Shown piece by piece: positions 50,186 to 58,121 of a stretch of 64,000 nt of DNA (its first letter is position 1; each line of letters opens with the position of its first letter). The stretch is from a bacterium (GTDB taxonomy: Bacteria > UBA10199 > 2-02-FULL-44-16 > JAAZCA01). The stretch lies in NCBI GenBank assembly GCA_963674695.2, contig CAXXGI010000001.1:480001-544000 (forward strand), given 5' to 3'. The notes below the pieces were generated by a model. It was given only the letters and a program-made list of their open reading frames with translations, was not told the DNA's origin and did no database searches. Position numbers and translations under genes: made by a program.

Positions 50186-51871
50186 TTAACTGTATATTTC
50201 TATGTAATCATTTTTTTTCGTAATGGTAATCGTTCTCTCTTTAGGATATTTTAGCACATCCCTCATCTCGATAAATCTATCTACATCGTAAGCACATTTC
50301 ATTGCTATAGAATCATCTATGCAAGATTGAGATAGTTTGCCAATTGCCATTTCATATCCAAAGACATCGTCTATAATGCTGCTTTTTGTCGTATAAAGGG
50401 TAAGTGTATCTGTCATTATTTTCCACATATCAGTGCACTTAAATTCATGTAGCATATCCTCATTACCGTCATGCATAGTCCTCACAATATCCAATACTTT
50501 TACACCCCCCACCGACGTAATAGATGAGATGGTAAATGGATAATATTCCACGAGATGAGCAAGGACATTCCTTACGGTCCTCAACGGAACACCATTTACA
50601 GATCTCCGGCAAATCGCATTGAATGAATACAGCCTTCTTTGGTCCCGCATTGCAACTCCTGCGGAATATTTTGTACTATCATCCACACGCATATTATAGG
50701 TCGATAGCATCTCGTCAAATGCCGCCGTATTGGGATATGGATCAAGCATTGACACTTGAATATTCCCCACCCCCTCGTGTTTCATATCAATTATACGGGC
50801 TATATCAGCTTCAATGTCATCATCCGATTGACTCGGTAGCCCAATTATAAAATTCCCTGCTACTTCGATGTCATTTTCCACACAATCTTTAATCAACTCG
50901 CGCACCTTCTCATAATCATACACCTTACCAACACCCCTCTGCACCTCCGATGACATCGTTTCAAAACCAATAAACACTTTAGTGCAGCCCGCCTGCGAAA
51001 GAATCGAGGGCAGGCCCTCCTCATAGTCATCAACTCTCATATAGCATTCCCACTGAATGGCCAGACTCGATTCTCGAATTTGATTACATAGATCAAACAC
51101 CCTTTTCCTATCAAAAAGAAACTGGTCGTGAGTAAAGCGATATCGTCTAATGCCTCTTCCGTAGAGCGTACGAATATCGCTCATGACTTTATCAATGGAG
51201 CAGTATCTACTTTTATTTCGCCAAAATGATGAAGATGCGCAGAAGGAGCATTTCCCAGAACACCCACGACCCGACTCAACCCAGCACACCTCATTAAACA
51301 ATGGCGACTGTATATACCGTTCAATATCAACATATTTATAATCAATGGGAGGCAATTCAGCCAAATCCAGCAACCGCTCATCTGTACTACTAACGACAAA
51401 TCCAGCCCTCCTATATGTCAATGAATTCACCCCGGCAAAAAAAAGCTTGTTCTTCATTAGATTGTAAACAACATCACACAACACCTTCTCCCCTTCTCCC
51501 CTTACAACGGCATCAACAAATGGCATATTATTAATTATCTCTAAGTGGTTTGCAGTTGCATGTATCCCACCGAGCATAACGATTGAATTAGCTGATATTT
51601 CTTTCGCCCGCTGTGCAATACTAAAAGCCTTTTGTATGTTCCTATAATGGACCGTTATACCAACCACATCATAGATTTCGGAGCCCAATCGTTTACAAAG
51701 CACATCCTCATTGTCCTCAACAGCCAAGTCCACTACCTGGATATTCACTTCAGGCATTCTTCTCGCAAGATAACTTGCAAGCGTAAGAAGACTTAAAGGA
51801 AAATCGATATTCTTCTCAACCATCTCGTGGTCGACAATGCCTGGATTTATGAGTAGAATATTCATCGACAT
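50186..51871 (-). CDS. Cobalamin-dependent radical SAM protein
   Basis: B12-binding N-terminus (PLSLLTLASYL, DVVGIT, LGGIHAT, VVRGEGE); SGRGCSGKCSFC; IGFET; FIIGLP. Confidence 0.9.
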   Translation of the reverse strand: MSMNILLINPGIVDHEMVEKNIDFPLSLLTLASYLARRMPEVNIQVVDLAVEDNEDVLCKRLGSEIYDVVGITVHYRNIQKAFSIAQRAKEISANSIVMLGGIHATANHLEIINNMPFVDAVVRGEGEKVLCDVVYNLMKNKLFFAGVNSLTYRRAGFVVSSTDERLLDLAELPPIDYKYVDIERYIQSPLFNEVCWVESGRGCSGKCSFCASSSFWRNKSRYCSIDKVMSDIRTLYGRGIRRYRFTHDQFLFDRKRVFDLCNQIRESSLAIQWECYMRVDDYEEGLPSILSQAGCTKVFIGFETMSSEVQRGVGKVYDYEKVRELIKDCVENDIEVAGNFIIGLPSQSDDDIEADIARIIDMKHEGVGNIQVSMLDPYPNTAAFDEMLSTYNMRVDDSTKYSAGVAMRDQRRLYSFNAICRRSVNGVPLRTVRNVLAHLVEYYPFTISSITSVGGVKVLDIVRTMHDGNEDMLHEFKCTDMWKIMTDTLTLYTTKSSIIDDVFGYEMAIGKLSQSCIDDSIAMKCAYDVDRFIEMRDVLKYPKERTITITKKNDYIEIYS

Positions 51872-51910
51872 TTATAGCCCATCCTGATTCTTGGCCTTAT
51901 GCAACCATCC

Positions 51911-53071
51911 CTACCCTTGGTCCTCCACCCTTCGGGCGCGGCTCCACAGCTGCGGAGTATAAAATATACCTGAAAGTATGATGGTGGCACCTACGAAGAG
52001 CCAGATGAAGAGTGGCTTCAGTGTCGCATAGGTGTTGGCCTTGGCGATGAAGACGCTGGTGAGCAGACCGAACTGCATGAAGAGCTGTCTCAGAATGAAG
52101 GCGTTGGTGCGCTGCGTTTCGCCCTTCTCTTCTTGAAAGATGCTCGTCTGGGCAAGGTTGATCAGACCGATCGATGCGCCGATGAAGAAATTGAGCACGA
52201 AGAGCCAGCCAAACTGCGGGATCAGTAGGAATACCGCATGCGTCGCAAAACAGAGAATGCATGCCATGAGAAAGATCACGGCGGATCCCCGTTTGATCCA
52301 ATCGACGCGCACGATCCCCATCGCGATAAACATCGCGCCCAAACCAACACTGTAAAAGAGGGATATCTGATAGGAACTGGCCTGGAATTGATCCATGAGG
52401 TAGGGCACTTCGATCACATTGAAGATGCCAGCAACGATGAAGACGAGGAAGGTTCCAACGAGCGTCTTAAGGGAGGGAAGGCTTGGCCACTCAAACCGCG
52501 TACGCGCTTCAAGCATTCCCTTTGCGCACGACTGTGCCTCGGCTTTCCTCAGCCCAAGCACACCCAGGAGCAAGAACAAAGAGAACCCGCCATCGATGAG
52601 GAGAATTCCGCGAAAACCCAGCGCGGTGGCCACAACAGGCCCAACAATAAATCCCGTCATGATCGCCGCCATGCCACCGATCTGCACGCGCTTATTGAGC
52701 GTGATCTTATTGTCCCCCGCAATGATGGGAACGAGCGTCAAAATCCGCGCGAAGAGCCATGTGCCGGCGAAATTGCGAACCAGAAAACAGATCTTCCACA
52801 CCATCGTCTCTGGATTGATGAAGGCGATACTCACCGACATGACAAGCCCCAGGACAACCAACGCAACATTGAGTGAACGCGCCTTGAATACCTTCATCTG
52901 CGCACACCCGAGCGCAATGAGCGCTCCCAGCGCCTGAATGAGCACGATCATACTCGTGCCCGCGATGCCTCCGAAATCGAGGGCCGCGGAAACGGTGGCG
53001 CCAAGCGTGATAAACCCAGTGGCGAGACGAAGAAGAAAGAAGCTGACGATGAGGACCCAAGCTGCTGACAC
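51911..53071 (-). CDS. MFS transporter (probable exporter)
   Basis: About 12 hydrophobic segments in two halves, GPVVA/IDG motif; GTG start with aaggag RBS. Confidence 0.75.
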   Translation of the reverse strand: MSAAWVLIVSFFLLRLATGFITLGATVSAALDFGGIAGTSMIVLIQALGALIALGCAQMKVFKARSLNVALVVLGLVMSVSIAFINPETMVWKICFLVRNFAGTWLFARILTLVPIIAGDNKITLNKRVQIGGMAAIMTGFIVGPVVATALGFRGILLIDGGFSLFLLLGVLGLRKAEAQSCAKGMLEARTRFEWPSLPSLKTLVGTFLVFIVAGIFNVIEVPYLMDQFQASSYQISLFYSVGLGAMFIAMGIVRVDWIKRGSAVIFLMACILCFATHAVFLLIPQFGWLFVLNFFIGASIGLINLAQTSIFQEEKGETQRTNAFILRQLFMQFGLLTSVFIAKANTYATLKPLFIWLFVGATIILSGIFYTPQLWSRARRVEDQG

Positions 53072-53201
53072 GATATGATCTCCTTCGTGATGTGGAAAAC
53101 GGAGACAGCTTTCATCACTATCGTCATTCCGGAAAAAAAGTTACGTGGTTTTTTATCAAAAATGTCACTTCGTTTTTGACATGACGATTGGGGATTGAAT
53201 A

Positions 53202-53217
53202 AGCAAAATGCGGGCCA
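53202..53217 (-). promoter_or_regulatory. sigma54 promoter of the MFS-radical SAM-peptide-SBP-kinase unit
   Basis: Minus strand TGGCCCG-CATT-TTGCT; IHF-like TATCAATATATTA at 53246-53258; inverted repeat further upstream. Confidence 0.65.
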
Positions 53218-53357
53218 AAAGTGGCGAACATGATATGATGAGTGATATCAATATATTATAAATTTCACCCCTACTAAAGTCCGGATTTCCGAACACGGGC
53301 ATGTTCGATTTTCCGGATTCCGTGTTCGGCAAGTGGGACAGAAAATCCCAGCGCCGA

Positions 53358-53603
53358 TCACATGCCAGCAATCCGTTCCACTACCTGATCACAAAACCGA
53401 CCGGTGTTGCAGACACAGCGGGGCAGGTTCCCACCGATGTGCTCCTTCACATCGACGAAGCGCGATGCAGTGATCGACTTCCATCCCACGTCAAAGGGAC
53501 TGCGCCACAAGACCTGCTTCGGCAAAGAGATCCACTCCGCCTTTCGGATGGACTGGGCAACGGTCGTTACCGATGCCTCCGTCTTTCTGTTGTTGCCGCT
53601 CAT
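53358..53603 (-). CDS. Putative RiPP precursor B (81 aa; KAEWISLP leader, CVCNTGRFC)
   Basis: Follows the S41 stop; shares NR, KxEWIxxP and CxCN[ST]G motifs with 55254..55523. Confidence 0.65.
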   Translation of the reverse strand: MSGNNRKTEASVTTVAQSIRKAEWISLPKQVLWRSPFDVGWKSITASRFVDVKEHIGGNLPRCVCNTGRFCDQVVERIAGM

Positions 53604-53619
53604 CTTCCCCACGCGCCCC

Positions 53620-55215
53620 TCACAAACCCAGATCGTTCAACACGGCACGCACATCCGGGTCGTGCTGCAGTAGGACAGTCCGCGCCTCGTCCTCGTCCGA
53701 AACCATGTCGGCGCCGATGCGTTCGCACCGCTGGCGCCAATCGCCGATCGACCAACTCGTTCGGATATCCGGAGTCGTTCGCATCTCCTCGCTCATCGAC
53801 CCATCCGGCGACATACCCATGTCGAACGGATAACGGATCAGCATGAGGCTGTTGGGCAATACCGTCATCGACGGATCGAATCCAATCCCGTCGCCGCCCG
53901 TCTGTTCGCCCACCAGGACCGCCCAGCCAGTTGCCTTCGCCCAGGCCGCCAATGCCTCCGACGAGGAATACACATATCGATCGACCAACAGATAGATCTT
54001 CGGCCCATAGCGAACCGCGCGTTCGGGATCCGCCCTATACTCGAACGCATAGACATGATCGACGACGCCACCGAGCACCTCGGAAGGCATTTCCATCAGA
54101 TAGTTTTGACGATCGACGCGCTCCAACCCATAGCGATCGACCAGCTCATCCTCGTATCCGCCGTCATACTCGCCACTGCGAATCCCTACAAAGAAGGTCG
54201 CCTGTAACCGCTCATGGAGAGTGGGAGAGACCAGCCCCTCCCGCCAATAGCGCGTGCTGCCCCCTCCGTTTCCCCGAATGTCGATGATGATGGCCCGCGC
54301 GTCCTCATGCGCATCGAGAAAATCAGCGAGGATATCGAAATCCAACTCTTCGCGTTCCGAGGAGAAGGTGTTGAGCTTGATATATCCAACCTCGTTCGAC
54401 ACCAGATCGACGGTCGTTCCGTGATCCAGCCATCCGACATGCTCGAAACAGGGCACAACCTCCTCCATGGCATCCGCTGTGAACCGGAGCGAACGAGTCG
54501 GATTCTTCAGTTGAATCGACAGCTCATCCCCTTCATCGAACATGCGAAACAGTCCCCACGAGATGACCCCACCGGTTTGCAGATCGCGCTGAAGATACAT
54601 CTGATCGCGATAGCGACGGATGTGCTCGTCCACCGCAAGGTCATCGATCGAAGCGACTTCAGCACCGATGGAAAGCTCTGTTCCGTCCGGAAGACGGAGA
54701 CTCGACCCAAGATAGTAGCGACCGTTGAGATAATGCGTGTAGACGCGCGGATGCGACCACCCCGCCCGCGACCCAACCTCATCCCAAAACGCCGCCGCGG
54801 GGAGCGCCTTTTGGGCCGCCTCCCGCAACGGCCGTTTGGCGCTCTCGGTCGCATAGAACTGCGCCGTATCCTGCCCGACAATTCCGCTGTGCAAATTGTG
54901 CAGTTTCCAGAGGATGCTGCGAACAGCACGATAATACGCTTCAGGCGTTTTGGCCTGGGACATCATCTTCTTGAAGGCCAACTTCTCGCTTCTCCAGTCC
55001 ACATAGCCCAGGCGGCGTTTCTGCCAGAAATACGGATAGTGTGTATTAATCACGCGAAAGAGATGCTCGAAATCCTCCTCGCGCTGCTGCGGGGTGAGAA
55101 ACGTTTCGTCGAAACGTACTTCGGCACTCGTTGCATATGCAGGTTCACCACAAAAAACGACAAGCAGCGTCACCATCGAAACGATCATCACTCGCAATAC
55201 GCACAAGCTCCGCAT
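53620..55215 (-). CDS. S41 family peptidase (secreted)
   Basis: Signal peptide; EEDFEHL..YPYF; GYIKLNTF; IIIDIRGNGGGS; YSSSE; VGEQTGG. Confidence 0.88.
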   Translation of the reverse strand: MRSLCVLRVMIVSMVTLLVVFCGEPAYATSAEVRFDETFLTPQQREEDFEHLFRVINTHYPYFWQKRRLGYVDWRSEKLAFKKMMSQAKTPEAYYRAVRSILWKLHNLHSGIVGQDTAQFYATESAKRPLREAAQKALPAAAFWDEVGSRAGWSHPRVYTHYLNGRYYLGSSLRLPDGTELSIGAEVASIDDLAVDEHIRRYRDQMYLQRDLQTGGVISWGLFRMFDEGDELSIQLKNPTRSLRFTADAMEEVVPCFEHVGWLDHGTTVDLVSNEVGYIKLNTFSSEREELDFDILADFLDAHEDARAIIIDIRGNGGGSTRYWREGLVSPTLHERLQATFFVGIRSGEYDGGYEDELVDRYGLERVDRQNYLMEMPSEVLGGVVDHVYAFEYRADPERAVRYGPKIYLLVDRYVYSSSEALAAWAKATGWAVLVGEQTGGDGIGFDPSMTVLPNSLMLIRYPFDMGMSPDGSMSEEMRTTPDIRTSWSIGDWRQRCERIGADMVSDEDEARTVLLQHDPDVRAVLNDLGL

Positions 55216-55253
55216 CTTTCTGCTCCGTTCAGAAATCGTTCTCAACAAACCAG

Positions 55254-55523
55254 CTAACACCACTCATGCTTCGTGCATGGCACCTTGTTGGTACAGGAAC
55301 AATGCGCGCTCACACAGAAACAGTCGCTGTCGCCACTGTTGCACGTGCATTTTTTCTTACAGGATTTTGCGATGGCTTTTCCACACAAATCGTCGTTATC
55401 GCCCATCCGGAAGATGGTTTCATCATAGTGACTATCCTTCATTGGCATCGCAATCCATTCCACCTTCTGCTGCTTCTTCTCCTCCACCCGCTGACCACCA
55501 TAGATTCTGTTCACACTCACCAT
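55254..55523 (-). CDS. Putative Cys-rich RiPP precursor A (89 aa, 10 Cys, three CxC motifs)
   Basis: AGGAGG RBS before MVSVNR; Cys-free first half, Cys-rich second half; directly after the radical SAM/SPASM gene. Confidence 0.8.
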   Translation of the reverse strand: MVSVNRIYGGQRVEEKKQQKVEWIAMPMKDSHYDETIFRMGDNDDLCGKAIAKSCKKKCTCNSGDSDCFCVSAHCSCTNKVPCTKHEWC

Positions 55524-55579
55524 TGGTTCCTCCTTTGTTGGCATTGCGAAAAACAATGCATGTCATTTCAATGTTGAAT

Positions 55580-56950
55580 TCATGATGCCGCACAGCACTC
55601 CGCGGATTTCGCATGCCGCTTCAGAGCATGCGTCAATTTCAACTCTTCGATGAGGTTGTACTTCACCCGAAGGCACGACTCCGCATTACGATCATCCTTC
55701 ACCTTGTCCGGGCACCATCCCATACAGAGCGGAAGAACCTTGCATGAACGGCACTTTCGAAATTGTAGAGCATCAAAATTGATCCATTTGAGATATATAT
55801 CGTTGATCCGCACCCCTTCGTGAATGGTGCCTATCTGCTCGCTCTCCACCCCGATCGTTTCACTACACTTATAGAGATCCCCTCGGGCATCGATGACGAG
55901 GCTATTGGGAAAGGTCGCCCCGCAACTGGAACAGGTTGGCCCATGAGCCGGCTCGATGCGAAAACCCATATCGTGCGTCATCATCTTGAGCTGTGATTCC
56001 AATCGAGCGAATTCCTTCTGCGAATAGATCGCCCGACACCCCTGTCCTGCATCTGCACAGCATTCAGCCCCATTGTGAACCGGGCTATAGTAGAGCCGAA
56101 TGTACTTCGCGATGCCGCGACCATGCAGGATCTCGGCCAAATCTCGCACAAAACGAATATTGTCCTTATCGACATTACACCGCACCGACACATTCACAAT
56201 ACGGCAGACGTCTTCGATGTTTTTCAGGATTCGATTGAACGTACCCTTTCCACTGACATAAGGGCGACGTCGATCATGAATCTTCGGAGGCCCATCAAGT
56301 GTTACCTGCACGGCGTTCACCTTCAATCGCGCAAGGTCTCGAGCCACGCTTTTGGTCAGGAGGGTCCCATTAGTAATCATGCAAGCGGAATAATGTGCGC
56401 CGTGCCGGCGACAGAGGTTCATAATACGCGATGACAGCGCTTTGATCATGGGAACACAGATGAGCGGCTCCCCGCCAAACCACTCGATTGCAACATCCTT
56501 GCATCCATTTTTGAGCCGCGCGCGAATGACATCGACAATTTTGTCCTGAACTGCCTTTGACATCACGACATTCGCCTTGTTGTGCTCAAAACAATATGAA
56601 CAGTTCATATTGCATTTGTTCGTGGGAATAATGACCAGCGACAATGATCGATCCGACATGCTCCGCACCTGCTGCGCTTGATATCGAATATACTCGATTT
56701 CATCGATGTCAGATGGAATCACAAAACCGCCATCCTGGAGAGCCTGACGAACATCGGCATCCATTCCGGCAGGAGGTCCATTGCGCGAGGCACTCTGCAA
56801 CAACCATCGATAATCAGAGCAGCGCGTATCCGTGAGGCGCAGAAAAGCACCCGTTCTCGTGTTATACAGGAGCAGATCGTTGCCTTCCTTGTAGCCAACA
56901 TTGAACCTCGAGTTCTTATACGCCTGTTGCGCATCACATCGTTTCCGCAT
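55580..56950 (-). CDS. Radical SAM/SPASM peptide maturase
   Basis: SRFN..LLYNTRTG RRE-like N-terminus; PTNKCNMNCSYCFE; WFGGEPL; SPASM CGA..GDLYKC..CRSCKVLPLCMGWCP..C; start MRKRC with ggagg RBS. Confidence 0.92.
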   Translation of the reverse strand: MRKRCDAQQAYKNSRFNVGYKEGNDLLLYNTRTGAFLRLTDTRCSDYRWLLQSASRNGPPAGMDADVRQALQDGGFVIPSDIDEIEYIRYQAQQVRSMSDRSLSLVIIPTNKCNMNCSYCFEHNKANVVMSKAVQDKIVDVIRARLKNGCKDVAIEWFGGEPLICVPMIKALSSRIMNLCRRHGAHYSACMITNGTLLTKSVARDLARLKVNAVQVTLDGPPKIHDRRRPYVSGKGTFNRILKNIEDVCRIVNVSVRCNVDKDNIRFVRDLAEILHGRGIAKYIRLYYSPVHNGAECCADAGQGCRAIYSQKEFARLESQLKMMTHDMGFRIEPAHGPTCSSCGATFPNSLVIDARGDLYKCSETIGVESEQIGTIHEGVRINDIYLKWINFDALQFRKCRSCKVLPLCMGWCPDKVKDDRNAESCLRVKYNLIEELKLTHALKRHAKSAECCAAS

Positions 56951-57301
56951 ATCGCCTCCCTGATGATTCTTGTGATTGACACCACATCGGGACTGCACAA
57001 AACGGGCCAACGCCCGAGCATGCGAAATCATTTCAGTTTTTTTGCTGACGGAACGGCGTGTTCGGATTTGATGCACTCAGATTGCAACAAATGTTCAGAA
57101 TGCTGAACATGTGAATTCCGCGATGGAGTGGGGATGACAATCGATCAACCGAAAACAACACACTTCTTTTCACTCCACCACATAGAACGTATCGACGCGG
57201 CGAGGATTAGAAGTACTCCAGAGAAACCGTCACACCATCACACGTGAATGATGAGCGGGTATTGGGGACGAAGGTCGACGGTTCGGTTCAGCGTGCGCAG
57301 T

Positions 57302-57335
57302 GAAAAGGAGCGTTCCTTGCGATAACGCGCTCCTT
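57302..57335 (-). terminator. Possible terminator after the coiled-coil gene
   Basis: aaggagcg...cgctcctt stem with a short T run on the minus strand. Confidence 0.4.
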
Positions 57336-57958
57336 CACTGAAACTGCGCCTTGAGGCTCACGATGTCGCCATGATTTTGGGTGAGCATCGCTTCTACGCG
57401 CGCAAGCCGAGCATCATGACCTTCGATGGTATGACCATTGCTTTCAATCGCTTGGCGGTTACCTTCGATGGCTTGGCGATTACCTTCAATGGCTTGGCGA
57501 TTGACCTCGATCGCCTTGCGGTTTTCTTCAATGGCTTGACGATTGACCTCGATCGCCTTGCGGTTTTCTTCGATGGCTTGGCGATTGACCTCGATCGCCT
57601 TGCGGTTTTCTTCGATGGCTTGGCGATTGACCTCGATCGCCTTGCGGTTTTCTTCGATGGCTTGGCGATTGACCTCGATCGCCTTGCGGTTTTCTTCGAT
57701 GGCCTTGCGGTTCTTGATAATCTCTTCGCGGTTGGACTTGATCGCCTGCCGATTGAGCATGATCTCGCGGAGCAGATCCTCGCGCAGGCCAGCGATATCA
57801 CCCTTGACCTCCTGACGCAGGGCATTCATCCCCTCCACCAGCAGATCCATCTTCTCTTGAAAGGCCTCGAAGATCACATTCACGTACGACTCCTCCGTTC
57901 CCACCTCAATCGTCCTGCTCCGCTTTTTCGCGTTCATCCTTCTCTCCTCCATAGCCAT
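57335..57958 (-). CDS. Coiled-coil protein with tandem heptad repeats (AIEENRK/AIEVNRQ)
   Basis: About 15 consecutive IxxNRxA-type heptads. Confidence 0.75.
   Translation of the reverse strand: MAMEERRMNAKKRSRTIEVGTEESYVNVIFEAFQEKMDLLVEGMNALRQEVKGDIAGLREDLLREIMLNRQAIKSNREEIIKNRKAIEENRKAIEVNRQAIEENRKAIEVNRQAIEENRKAIEVNRQAIEENRKAIEVNRQAIEENRKAIEVNRQAIEGNRQAIEGNRQAIESNGHTIEGHDARLARVEAMLTQNHGDIVSLKAQFQ
57437..57722. repeat. Intragenic tandem repeat, 21-bp unit organised as a 42-bp dimer
   Basis: gcggttttcttcgatggcttggcgattgacctcgatcgcctt repeated about four times near-perfectly, with degenerate flanks. Confidence 0.9.
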
Positions 57959-58070
57959 TGAACCGGAGCCCTGTCAATGCGGGCCTTGATTGCGTTGATT
58001 TTCTGCATCTTTTAGGACGTGTCCTCAGTTGACCATAACTCCCTAAGACAAAAGGAGATCTCTGTGAAAA

Positions 58071-58099
58071 GCGAGATTCCCGTTTTCACGGGAATGACA
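58071..58099. repeat. REP-like half element
   Basis: gcgagattcccgttttcacgggaatgaca. Confidence 0.65.
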
Positions 58100-58121
58100 C
58101 CTAACGAAATGAGGACATGCC

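Noticed and set aside
53270-53360. Selenocysteine readthrough at the TGA of precursor B
   Set aside because: The downstream frame gives no meaningful motif, and the nearby inverted repeat fits an upstream activator site better than a SECIS
57371-57961. Plus-strand repetitive ORF (LAIDLDRLAVFFDG)
   Set aside because: Antisense of the heptad-repeat gene; the minus strand gives a coherent coiled coil and matches the orientation of its neighbours
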